50,811 nt of DNA from Armatimonadota bacterium (GCA_037445735.1 JBBIJY010000022.1:1-50811), one strand, 5' to 3'. Shown: positions 19,153 to 27,843, counted from the first letter of the stretch. Translations and numbers: made by a program. Notes: generated by a model not told the origin, from the letters alone.

Positions 19153-20853
19153 TTAGCCACCTGCACCGAAGTTGAACAACACAATCAGCAAATCGGCATC
19201 ATCCACTGTGCCGTCGTTGTTCAAATCGGCAGGCAGATTGGAACCAGTCTGACCAAACGCAAACAGCACCGCCAGCAAGTCCGCATCATCTATCACATCA
19301 TCCCCGTTCACATCCCCATTCACACCAAACTCCAGAACCCGATACGCAAATCCCTGTGATGGAATGGAAACATTCGGAATATTGATAGAAATGTAGCTGC
19401 CTGCCTTCGCCCGCAGTGTATAGACACCCGCAGTATTCACCCGCTCCGAAAACCGCCCATAAGCGTCCAGCTCCGTCGTAATCACCTGAACCGTGCTGCT
19501 CCCACTGCGCAACTCCAGCCGAAGCGGCACCCCCAGCGGCAATCCCTGCCGACCCGCCAGCCGCACCACCCCCTGCACAATCGCCGGCGGGTTCACAGGA
19601 CGAACCCGATAGATGCGATTGGCAAACAGCGAGCAGACATACAGATAGCCGTCGGGGCCGATTTTGAGGTCGGTCACCACGCCCCAGCCGCTGCCCCAGC
19701 GCGACAGATTGCGCTCCGTGTCGCTGTCTGCCACCCGATCGGCAAGCGCACCACTCAGCACAAAATCGTCCCGCGCCGCACTCAGCTGGAAAAAGTAGAG
19801 CTGCCCATTATTCGCCTCGCCGACCACCACCTGATCGCGCGTGCCCACCTCAAACCGCGCACTGCGCAAAAAGCCTATCGCCGCCACCCCAATCGGCGTC
19901 AACCACGAAAAGATGGGATCGGCATAATAGGCATTCGGCAACATCACCAGATCGCTCGCGTTGAAACTGGTGTTATTGTTCTCGGTGTAGGTGGCATCGC
20001 GCGCATCGGGTCCCATAATCTTCAGCCAGCCACTGTTGAAACCCCGCCCAACCCGATTGATCTCGTCATACTTGTCAGGACCGTTCTCCGTCAGCCACAG
20101 GTTGCCTGTGAGGGCATCAAAGGTCAGTCCGAAGCTGTTGCGGATGCCGTACGCCCACAGCTGGCGGATGCGGGGGTCGCTGTGGCTGATGAAGGGGTTA
20201 TCGGTGGGGATGGAGCCGTCGGGATTGAGGCGGAAGATGCCGCCCACGCCTGCGACGGCGGTGCCGCTGGTGTTCTGCTCGATGCGGGGATTGGTGAAGC
20301 GTCCACGATTGAGGTCGCCTGTGACGCCGTACAGCTTGCCGTCGGGTCCGAACAGGATCACACCGCCATCGTGATTGGGACCGTTCGCCTGGCTGTTATC
20401 GCGCGGGAAGGAAACAATCAGCAGGGGGTTGGTGAGAGTGCTGCCGTTCCAGGTGTAGCGTTCCACGCGGTTATCTGTCCATGCGCTCTGGGTGCCCGTA
20501 TCGCCGCCCGTGCTGGAGCGGGAGTAGTAGAGGTAGACATAGCCGTTGGTGGCGAAGTCGGGATGGAGCGCGATGCCGAGCAGCCCCCGCTCGCTGTTGT
20601 AGTTGACGGGCAGGTCCAGCACGGTTGCCGTCACTGCGCCGTTCTCCACCAGCTTGACGCGCCCGGTGGTGCGCTCAATCACGAAGAATCGATTCGGATT
20701 ATCGGGACTCAAAAACTCAATTGCTACTGGCTGGGTCAGCCCCGTGCTGATGACGGTCTCAACGGTCAGCGAGGGGTCGACCAGCGTTTGCGCCTGCAGA
20801 ATCAGCGGCGCCAGCGCCGTCGCTATCACCATTCCAAGCCGTGTCTGCCCCAT
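19153..20853 (-). CDS. secreted PQQ-dependent sugar dehydrogenase-family beta-propeller (GSDH/YliI) with C-terminal dockerin-like domain
   Basis: Signal peptide; ERGLLGIALHPDF, NHDGGVILFGPDGKLY, WAYGIRNSFG, DEIN; C-terminal duplicated DxNxDxxxDDADLL motif. Confidence 0.88.
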   Translation of the reverse strand: MGQTRLGMVIATALAPLILQAQTLVDPSLTVETVISTGLTQPVAIEFLSPDNPNRFFVIERTTGRVKLVENGAVTATVLDLPVNYNSERGLLGIALHPDFATNGYVYLYYSRSSTGGDTGTQSAWTDNRVERYTWNGSTLTNPLLIVSFPRDNSQANGPNHDGGVILFGPDGKLYGVTGDLNRGRFTNPRIEQNTSGTAVAGVGGIFRLNPDGSIPTDNPFISHSDPRIRQLWAYGIRNSFGLTFDALTGNLWLTENGPDKYDEINRVGRGFNSGWLKIMGPDARDATYTENNNTSFNASDLVMLPNAYYADPIFSWLTPIGVAAIGFLRSARFEVGTRDQVVVGEANNGQLYFFQLSAARDDFVLSGALADRVADSDTERNLSRWGSGWGVVTDLKIGPDGYLYVCSLFANRIYRVRPVNPPAIVQGVVRLAGRQGLPLGVPLRLELRSGSSTVQVITTELDAYGRFSERVNTAGVYTLRAKAGSYISINIPNVSIPSQGFAYRVLEFGVNGDVNGDDVIDDADLLAVLFAFGQTGSNLPADLNNDGTVDDADLLIVLFNFGAGG

Positions 20854-20857
20854 AGCT

Positions 20858-20899
20858 TCTATTATAGCCCAAAACGGGTCTATTATAGCCCGAAACGGG
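20858..20899 (-). promoter_or_regulatory. 21-bp tandem duplication, each unit carrying a TATAAT -10 box
   Basis: TCTATTATAGCCCAAAACGGG / TCTATTATAGCCCGAAACGGG (1 mismatch); the proximal TATAAT is 7 nt from the ATG at 20853. Confidence 0.8.
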
Positions 20900-20905
20900 A
20901 TTTGT

Positions 20906-21325
20906 TCAGTCGGTTGGGGTGGGGCGCACGGCTTCCGCTTCGATTTCGATGCCGCCGCGCGGGTACTGACGCACGATGACGCGCACCCAGCGGGGTTGCA
21001 ACACCGTGTAGAGGTCGTCGGCGATTCGCGCTGCCAGCCCTTCGGCGTAGCCCGCCTCGTCCCGAAACGCCCACAGATAGAACTTGAGCGCCTTCGATTC
21101 GAGGCAGAGTTTGTCGGGCGCGTACTCGATGATCACCTCGCCGAAGTCGGGCTGACCCGAGCGCGGGCAGATAGAGGTGAACTCACGGGCATGGAAGCGC
21201 ACCTGCGAGACGCCAGGCGACGGGAATGCCTCCCGCCGCAGCACCTCCACCGCCTCCGCAATGCTTCTGGGGCGCGGCATCGGACCCGAACGCGGCAACC
21301 AGAAGTCCTCCTGTAAAACGCTCAT
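20906..21325 (-). CDS. queF: NADPH-dependent 7-cyano-7-deazaguanine reductase
   Basis: EFTSICPRSGQPDF (catalytic Cys/Asp), QueF motif ESKALKFY, C-terminal PRGGI. Confidence 0.9.
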   Translation of the reverse strand: MSVLQEDFWLPRSGPMPRPRSIAEAVEVLRREAFPSPGVSQVRFHAREFTSICPRSGQPDFGEVIIEYAPDKLCLESKALKFYLWAFRDEAGYAEGLAARIADDLYTVLQPRWVRVIVRQYPRGGIEIEAEAVRPTPTD

Positions 21326-21374
21326 ATCGGTTTCGATTGTACCTCTGGGCAGATGATGGGGTATAATCGCGCCG

Positions 21375-21920
21375 ATGGTGAAAACGCCTGAGCTGGAGAT
21401 CCCGGCGGAGTATCGCTGGCTCTATGAGCGCACCGACGATGGCATCGTGAAGTATCCCGACCCGATGCTGCGCAAGCGGTCGCGCCCCGTGTCGCGCATC
21501 ACCTCCGACCTGCAGGCATTGATCGAGCATATGCTGACCTCGATGCGGCGGGCGCAGGGCATCGGGCTGGCAGCGCCGCAGGTGGGCGTGCCCCTGCGTG
21601 TGATTGTGCTCGAACCGCCCGAACAGCCTGCCCGCGTGATTATCAACCCGCAGATTCTGGAGCGCTCCGGCGAGCAGGTCGGTCTGGAAGGCTGCCTGAG
21701 CCTGCCCGGCTTATACGGCGATGTGAAACGCGCGCAAGCCATCGAACTGCGCGGGCTGAACCGACACGGCAAGCCCATTCGCCTGCGACTGGAAGGGCTG
21801 GAAGCCCGAATCGCCCAGCACGAGGTCGACCACCTCGAAGGCGTGCTGTTTATTGACCGCGTGATCCCCGAAACGCTGCACTGGAATGTGCCCGACGAGG
21901 GCGAACAGGATGAACTCTGA
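21375..21920 (+). CDS. def: peptide deformylase
   Basis: GIGLAAPQVG, EGCLS, QHEVDHLEG. Confidence 0.97.
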   Translation: MVKTPELEIPAEYRWLYERTDDGIVKYPDPMLRKRSRPVSRITSDLQALIEHMLTSMRRAQGIGLAAPQVGVPLRVIVLEPPEQPARVIINPQILERSGEQVGLEGCLSLPGLYGDVKRAQAIELRGLNRHGKPIRLRLEGLEARIAQHEVDHLEGVLFIDRVIPETLHWNVPDEGEQDEL

Positions 21921-22884
21921 AGTGAGTCCGCGCATTCTCTTCTTCGGTTCAGGCGCGTTCGCGCTGCCGGCTCTGGAGCGTCTCCATGAGGCGGGCTATC
22001 CCATCCTGGCGGTGGTCACCCAGCCGCCGAAGCCTGCCGGGCGCGGGATGCAGGTGAGCAAAACGCCCGTGCATACGCGCGCCGAATCGCTGAACCTGCC
22101 GGTGTGGACGCCGGAGCGGTGTCGCAACCCTGAATTTATCGAGCAGGTGCGCACGCTCGGTCCCGATCTGATCGTGCTGGCGGCTTATGGTCAGATTCTG
22201 CCCGCCGCGCTGTTGCAGATTGCGCCGCTGGGCAACTGGAACCTGCATCCCTCGCTGCTGCCGAAGTATCGGGGCGCGGCGCCCATCCAGCATGCCCTGC
22301 TCAACGGCGAAGTGGAGACGGGCGTGACGCTGATGGAGATGACGCCCGAAATGGACGCAGGCGACATCTATCTGCAGGTGTCGGAGCCGATCCACCCTCA
22401 CGATGATGCTGGCTCGCTGGAGGCGCGGCTGGCGACCCGCGCGGGCGAACTGCTGCTGGAGGGTCTGCAACGGCTGCGCACGGGCACGCTCACCCGCACG
22501 CCACAGGATCCTTCGCAGGCGACCTACGCGCCGCTGATTCGCAAGGAGGACACCTTCATCCGCTGGGCGGAGCCAGCGGAGCGTTGCCACAATCGCGTGC
22601 GTGCCTTCTCGCCGAAGCCGGGCGCCCTCACGCGCTGGCGGGGCAAGCTGCTCAAGCTCTGGCGCACGCAGCCACTGCCCGCTCTGGAGCGCGGAAACCC
22701 TGCACTCCACAACGCCGCGCCGGGCACACTGCTCGCCGTTGAACCCGATGCGCTTGTTGTTGCCTGCGGCACAGGCGCCCTGCGCATTCTGGAACTCCAG
22801 CCCGAAAATCGCGCCCGCATGAGCGCCCGCGCCTTTATCAACGGCTACCGCCCTCAGGTCGGCGACACGCTGGAACAGGTATAA
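21910..22884 (+). CDS. fmt: methionyl-tRNA formyltransferase
   Basis: VVTQPPKPAGRG, AAYGQIL, NLHPSLLPKYRGAAPIQ, MDAGD; overlaps the def stop. Confidence 0.97.
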   Translation: MNSEVSPRILFFGSGAFALPALERLHEAGYPILAVVTQPPKPAGRGMQVSKTPVHTRAESLNLPVWTPERCRNPEFIEQVRTLGPDLIVLAAYGQILPAALLQIAPLGNWNLHPSLLPKYRGAAPIQHALLNGEVETGVTLMEMTPEMDAGDIYLQVSEPIHPHDDAGSLEARLATRAGELLLEGLQRLRTGTLTRTPQDPSQATYAPLIRKEDTFIRWAEPAERCHNRVRAFSPKPGALTRWRGKLLKLWRTQPLPALERGNPALHNAAPGTLLAVEPDALVVACGTGALRILELQPENRARMSARAFINGYRPQVGDTLEQV

Positions 22885-22892
22885 CTTGCCTG

Positions 22893-24617
22893 ATGGACGG
22901 CATCGAGCGGCGGTTCTGGCGGTATGTGGCGCGGCAGTGGCAACCGCTGCTGGTCGCCCTGCTCTGCTCGGTGGGCGTCACCGCCATCACCGGACTCACC
23001 GCCTACCTGCTGGAGCGGGTCATCCAGTCGATGGAGTTCCGCGACCCGACCCAGCTGAATCTCATCTCGCTGACGGTGGTGGGCATCTTCGCGCTCAAGT
23101 GGTTCTTCTCCTACGGGCAGGTCTATTACCTGGCGCTGGCGGCACAGCGAATGATGGCGCGCCTGCGCCAGGATGTGTTCACGCACCTGCAACGGCTGCC
23201 GCTGAGCTTCTTCCAGGCGCGGCAGGTGGGCGCGTTGCAATCGATCTTGACGAACGATGTGCCGATTCTGCAGAGCGCGGTGCTGCTCGTGCGCGATGTG
23301 CTGGACGCGCCCCTGCGCATCGGCGCGTTTCTGGTCTATATCTTCTATCTGAACTGGAAGCTGGCGCTGCTGGCGTGCCTCTTTCTGCCCGCGATTGCCC
23401 TGCTGATTCAGCGGCTGGGGCGCCAGATGCACCGCATCACGCACCAGACGCAGGGTTCGCTGGCGGACATCAGCGCGCTGGTGCAGGAGGCGCTATCGGG
23501 CGTGCGCGTGATCAAAACCTTCGCGATGGAGGATCGCGAGATTGAGCGGTTCGCGCGGCGCAATCAGCAGGTGTTGTACTATTCGCTGAAGGGCGAGCGG
23601 CGGCGGGCGCGCCTGCGCCCCACTGTGGAGTTCATCGGCGCGGTCAGCATCGCGCTCGTACTCTGGTTCGGCGGTCATCAGGTCGCGTCGGGACAGATGA
23701 GTACAGGTCAGCTGATGAGCTTCCTGTTCCTGCTCCATCAGATTGCGCAGGCAGCGAACGGCGTCGGCTCCATCCAGCTCACGCGCAAGCAGGTGCGGGC
23801 AGCTGCCGAGCGCATCTTCCGCGAGGTGCTGGATGTGGAGCCGGAGCTGTATGATGCGCCTGACGCCATCGAGCTGCCCCCGCTCAAAGGGCGCATCGAG
23901 TTTCGTGAGGTCTCCTTCCGCTACCCGACGGGCGAGCAGGCGCTGCGCAGAGTCTCCTTCACCATCGAGCCGGGCGAGGTGGTCGCGCTGGTGGGACACT
24001 CAGGCGCGGGCAAAAGCACACTGGTGGATTTGCTGCTCCGATTCCACATGCCCCAGGAGGGCGTGATCGCCATCGACGGCTACGATTTGCGCCGTGTGCG
24101 GCTGGAGAGCCTGCGCCAGCAGATCGGGGTCGTGCCGCAGCAGACGATGCTGTTCGTGGGCACGGTCGCCGAGAACATCGCCTACGGCAAGCCCGACGCG
24201 ACCCTCGCGGAGATCGAAGCCGCCGCGCGTGCTGCCCACGCGCACGAGTTCATCGAGCGTCTGCCCGCTGGCTACAAAACGCTGATTGGCGATCGGGGCG
24301 TGCAGCTCTCGGGTGGGGAGAGCCAGCGCATCGCGATTGCCCGCGCCTTGCTGCGCAACCCGCGCATCCTGATTCTGGACGAGGCGACCGCCGCGTTAGA
24401 CCCCCTCTCCGAGCAGATGATCCAGCGCGTGATTGAGGAGGGGCGCGGCGTGCGCACCACGCTGATTATCGCGCACCGCTGGACAACCGTGCGATGCGCC
24501 GACCGCATTCTGGTGTTGCATCGGGGCGAGCTGATGGAGCAGGGCACGCACGCGGAACTGCTTGCCCGCGATGGCTACTACGCCCGCCTCTATCGCGCCG
24601 CCCTGCTGGAAGAGTAA
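22893..24617 (+). CDS. ABC exporter, fused TMD-NBD (MsbA-like)
   Basis: Multi-TM N-terminus, GHSGAGKST, LSGGESQR, ILILDEATAALD. Confidence 0.9.
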   Translation: MDGIERRFWRYVARQWQPLLVALLCSVGVTAITGLTAYLLERVIQSMEFRDPTQLNLISLTVVGIFALKWFFSYGQVYYLALAAQRMMARLRQDVFTHLQRLPLSFFQARQVGALQSILTNDVPILQSAVLLVRDVLDAPLRIGAFLVYIFYLNWKLALLACLFLPAIALLIQRLGRQMHRITHQTQGSLADISALVQEALSGVRVIKTFAMEDREIERFARRNQQVLYYSLKGERRRARLRPTVEFIGAVSIALVLWFGGHQVASGQMSTGQLMSFLFLLHQIAQAANGVGSIQLTRKQVRAAAERIFREVLDVEPELYDAPDAIELPPLKGRIEFREVSFRYPTGEQALRRVSFTIEPGEVVALVGHSGAGKSTLVDLLLRFHMPQEGVIAIDGYDLRRVRLESLRQQIGVVPQQTMLFVGTVAENIAYGKPDATLAEIEAAARAAHAHEFIERLPAGYKTLIGDRGVQLSGGESQRIAIARALLRNPRILILDEATAALDPLSEQMIQRVIEEGRGVRTTLIIAHRWTTVRCADRILVLHRGELMEQGTHAELLARDGYYARLYRAALLEE

Positions 24618-24650
24618 CGGATGGGGTAGACTCCAGAGGGGTGAAGGGTA

Positions 24651-25625
24651 ATGGCGCGATATGTGCCGGGCGCGGTTCGCGCTTATGAAGCAGGCTGGTT
24701 CAAAGAGCGTGTGGAGGCGGCGCGGGAACTGCTGAACGCGCCCTGCCGCGTGTGTCCCCGCTACTGTAAAGTGAACCGCCTGCAGGACGAGCGTGGCGCA
24801 TGCCTGATCGGGCGCTACGCAGTGGTCGCCAGCGCGTTCCCCCACTTCGGCGAGGAAGATGTGCTGCGCGGCTGGATGGGGTCAGGCACCATCTTCATGA
24901 GCGGGTGCAACCTGCGCTGCGTCTTCTGCCAGAACTACGACATCTCACAGGTGGTGCGCGGCACGCGCGTCACGCCCGAACAGCTCGCCGCGCTGATGCT
25001 CCGCCTGCAGGAACTGGGCTGCCATAACATCAACATCGTCACGCCCGAACATGTGGTGCCCCAGGTCATCGAGGCGCTCTACCTGGCGGTTCAGCGCGGA
25101 CTGCGCCTGCCACTGGTCTACAACACCAGCGCGTACGATTCGCGCGAATCGCTGCAGGTGCTGGACGGGCTGGTGGACATCTATATGCCCGACTTCAAGG
25201 TGTGGACACCAGAAAGCGCGCGACGCTACCTCAAATCCAAAGAGGATTATGCCACCGTCGCCCGCGAATCGATTCAGGAGATGCATCGTCAGGTGGGCGA
25301 TTTGCAGGTGGATGAGCTGGGGCTGGCATATCGCGGCTTGCTGATACGCCACCTCGTGATGCCAGGGCTGGTGGCGGAAACCCGAGCCATCCTGAAATGG
25401 ATTGCCGACACGCTGGGCACCAGCACCTATGTGAACCTGATGGCGCAATACTATCCCGCGAACAAAGTGGAGAGCGATTACCCTGAGATTAACCGCTCGG
25501 TTTATCGCGAAGAGTATCTGGAGGCGCTGGAATATGCGCAATCGCTCGGCTTACGGCTGGATCGGCGCAGTGTTCGCGAGGGTCTGCTATTGCCGTTGAG
25601 AGCCAGAGCGCTCCCGCTCAAATAA
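24651..25625 (+). CDS. radical SAM protein (PflX-like)
   Basis: CRVCPRYC, HFGEE, GSGTIF, CNLRCVFCQN, DIYMPDFK, RHLVMPG. Confidence 0.88.
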   Translation: MARYVPGAVRAYEAGWFKERVEAARELLNAPCRVCPRYCKVNRLQDERGACLIGRYAVVASAFPHFGEEDVLRGWMGSGTIFMSGCNLRCVFCQNYDISQVVRGTRVTPEQLAALMLRLQELGCHNINIVTPEHVVPQVIEALYLAVQRGLRLPLVYNTSAYDSRESLQVLDGLVDIYMPDFKVWTPESARRYLKSKEDYATVARESIQEMHRQVGDLQVDELGLAYRGLLIRHLVMPGLVAETRAILKWIADTLGTSTYVNLMAQYYPANKVESDYPEINRSVYREEYLEALEYAQSLGLRLDRRSVREGLLLPLRARALPLK

Positions 25626-25666
25626 AAAGGGAGCGACAGGCAAAGGAGAGCAAAACCTGCCGCTCC
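25624..25666 (-). terminator. Rho-independent terminator (minus strand)
   Basis: Minus strand GGAGCGGCAGG-loop-CCTGTCGCTCC (one G-U pair) followed by CTTTTTATTT. Confidence 0.75.
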
Positions 25667-25693
25667 AAAGAGAGGTGTGTAGTTGCTTGCCAC
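25624..25693 (-). ncRNA. candidate ~70-nt small RNA with its own promoter and terminator
   Basis: ECF-type promoter directly upstream, a C/U-rich single-stranded region, then a terminator hairpin and U tract; no full ORF fits inside. Confidence 0.5.
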
Positions 25694-25699
25694 TTTTTA

Positions 25700-25726
25700 A
25701 GACGGATAACGCCGCCAAAAAGTTCC
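25700..25726 (-). promoter_or_regulatory. ECF sigma-type promoter
   Basis: Minus strand GGAAC-N17-CGTCT (GGAACTTTTTGGCGGCGTTATCCGTCT). Confidence 0.6.
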
Positions 25727-25799
25727 CGCGCCCAGCCCTCTTCCGCCCATGAAAGCGACAATCCCCAGATTCAGGCGAAAGCTCACATTTGCGAGGAAT

Positions 25800-25907
25800 C
25801 CCTCACCCCTGCCCCTCTCCCACGCTGTGGGAAAGGGGAGCCACGCATTCGCACACTCGAAAACCCCCTCTCCCGAAGCTTCGGGAGAGGGGGCATGGGG
25901 GTGAGGG
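25800..25907. repeat. inverted pair of palindromic repeats
   Basis: CCCTCACCCCTGCCCCTCTCCCACGCTGTGGGAAAGGGG (25800-25838) and reverse copy CCCCCTCTCCCGAAGCTTCGGGAGAGGGGGCATGGGGGTGAGGG (25864-25907). Confidence 0.88.
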
Positions 25908-25927
25908 AGCTAAATCAGCAGCGCCTG

Positions 25928-26452
25928 TCAAAATCGGTAGCCCACCGTGACGGAGAAACCGTTGGCGCGGTCGTTATTCGGTCCGAAGCGGTCGGTGATG
26001 TCGTAGTTCAGCTCCACGCTGTAGGTTTCGTTCAGCTGGAGAGTCAGCCCGACGCGCCCGCCAAACACATTTTTGCTTGGACCAGTGGTATCCACCACGA
26101 ACACGCCGACCCCGAAACGCAGCTGGAGCTGCATATCACTCGTGCCAAATGGCTGCTCATAGACCTGGCTGACCAGTAATGCCGTAACAGCGCCGCGCGA
26201 ACCGCCTGTCTGATGGGTGAACAGGTCCGCGCTGACCTCCGTCGCCGAGCTGCCGAAGAAGGGGATGCCTATCGTCTGATAGGTCAGTCCGACGGCGAAC
26301 CAGGTCTTATTGAACGCCTGCAAATCCTCATCGGCGGGAAAGTAGGCGCCCAGCCGCAGGCGCAGGCTGCCCTCCGGCTGTGCCAGCGCCGGCAAACCCG
26401 TCAATAGCAACAGCGCACCGAGTGCGCTCCCGTGAAGCCATCGTTTCATCAT
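25928..26452 (-). CDS. small outer-membrane beta-barrel protein (probably 8-stranded)
   Basis: Signal peptide ending ALA, alternating hydrophobic strands, C-terminal VTVGYRF; SD GGAGG. Confidence 0.8.
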   Translation of the reverse strand: MMKRWLHGSALGALLLLTGLPALAQPEGSLRLRLGAYFPADEDLQAFNKTWFAVGLTYQTIGIPFFGSSATEVSADLFTHQTGGSRGAVTALLVSQVYEQPFGTSDMQLQLRFGVGVFVVDTTGPSKNVFGGRVGLTLQLNETYSVELNYDITDRFGPNNDRANGFSVTVGYRF

Positions 26453-26502
26453 TCATCGTACCTCCGTGTATCTGGAATTGGCGATTGAACCGATTTTCTT
26501 TT

Positions 26503-26529
26503 ATTCGCGCCCCGATTGGCGATTCCTGC
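26503..26529 (-). promoter_or_regulatory. SigH-like promoter candidate for the OMP gene
   Basis: Minus strand GCAGGA-N17-GAAT, matching the architecture of Bacillus SigH promoters; lies inside an imperfect inverted repeat. Confidence 0.4.
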
Positions 26530-26544
26530 CAGATTGGGCGCGAT

Positions 26545-27843
26545 TCAGCGCAGCCACACCGGCTCCGCCAGCGGCGACGCTGGTGCGTACGATGGTGCCG
26601 ATGCAGGACGAAAAACGGGCACCAGATCGCCTTTGTCAAACTGATCACTCCGCATATTGCCATAGACGAACCTGCCGCCTTCATCGCGCTGATTGACGCC
26701 CACCGAGTAGATGAGAAAGCCCTGCTGCGGATCGAGTTTATAAACAAACGGCTTGCCCGTGAAGGGATCGATGCTCATCGTGCCCAGCCCCAGCGCGTTG
26801 AGCGTGTCGGGGTAGCGTCCTGTGCGCAGTTTGTGCAGCCGAATCGCCGCGACGCAGCCCAGCAAGCGTATCCACGCCAGTTCTATCGAATCGCTTCGGA
26901 TCGCTTCGAGCAGCCCTTCACCCCAACCGCGAAGAAGCACATTGCTGCATTTGAGCGCGGTGTGGTAATCACGCTGCCAGGTCGGTTTTTGCAGCTCTTT
27001 GATCGCCCCGTCGATCAGCCGTTCGCTCTCACCAATGGCTCGCCAGATAGTGGGGCGCAGTAGCGGTCGCGGCAGGCCGGTGCCTTCAGGATAAATACTA
27101 CCCCCATACTGATATTCCAGCTGCGCAGGGTTTCGGGCTAACTCCTGCAAAAAGGCGCGGTAAGAATAGCGTTCATGCTCATAAGCCTGCCAGAGGGGAG
27201 GACGCCGCTGCTCAAAAAGCCGAACCGCCTCCACCATCTGCTCCAGCGCGGCCGGCTCGTCCAGCAGGTGGGGTGATTCGGCAAACACGCGCCATGCTAT
27301 CATGCTGATACCCATCCCTGTAAAGTGGTGCAGCAGCAAACCATCGTTGCGAATCTGTGTGCCAAGTAGAAGCAGATTCTGGAAGCCCTCGACCGCCTCG
27401 CGGTCGCGCCCCTGCCGCAGATGTGCGCGCATCTGCAACGCCTGCGCGAGAGCCAGCCGCCGCAAACCAATCCGCTCAAGGGTGCTGTAATAAGGGCTAT
27501 ACTCGAAAATCGCCACGCTGGGCTGATTTAGATAGCGCGGATACTCTCTCAGATACGGCTGCATGGCTTTCAGGATAGACTCTCGCTCACCTGGCTTGAG
27601 ACGATTCGGATTATCCCACATAATCTGTTCCAACCTGCCGTAGTTTGGGATTCGGCGCATGGCGTTGTAGGCATTGATGCCAATCTGGCGCAATTGTTCA
27701 TAGGCGTTGAGAGCAGGGTAATGGCGTTTGGGAATCTCCAGCTCGGGCACGCGATAGAGGCGCGCCAGCCAGAGCAGCCCACCCACAATCAGCACCGCCA
27801 GCAGCGTTGGCGCTGTGATCATCCAGCGACTTTCGCGATCCAT
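26545..27843 (-). CDS. hypothetical membrane-anchored helical protein with GspG-like C-terminal motif
   Basis: N-terminal TM; C-terminal GRYPDTLNAL...DPFTGKPFVY...FLIYSVGVNQRDEGG. Confidence 0.7.
   Translation of the reverse strand: MDRESRWMITAPTLLAVLIVGGLLWLARLYRVPELEIPKRHYPALNAYEQLRQIGINAYNAMRRIPNYGRLEQIMWDNPNRLKPGERESILKAMQPYLREYPRYLNQPSVAIFEYSPYYSTLERIGLRRLALAQALQMRAHLRQGRDREAVEGFQNLLLLGTQIRNDGLLLHHFTGMGISMIAWRVFAESPHLLDEPAALEQMVEAVRLFEQRRPPLWQAYEHERYSYRAFLQELARNPAQLEYQYGGSIYPEGTGLPRPLLRPTIWRAIGESERLIDGAIKELQKPTWQRDYHTALKCSNVLLRGWGEGLLEAIRSDSIELAWIRLLGCVAAIRLHKLRTGRYPDTLNALGLGTMSIDPFTGKPFVYKLDPQQGFLIYSVGVNQRDEGGRFVYGNMRSDQFDKGDLVPVFRPASAPSYAPASPLAEPVWLR

Noticed and set aside
20858-20899. 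Tandem repeat or palindromic repeats as a CRISPR array
   Set aside because: No spacers, only two adjacent units, and no cas genes
21326-21374. preQ1 riboswitch upstream of queF
   Set aside because: The 49-bp gap is filled by two divergent -10 boxes; no room or motif for an aptamer
25502-25693. 63-aa ORF starting with GTG at the predicted sRNA start
   Set aside because: It would run through a strong terminator and overlap the radical SAM gene antisense; a non-coding RNA is more parsimonious, though ribosome profiling would be needed to exclude it
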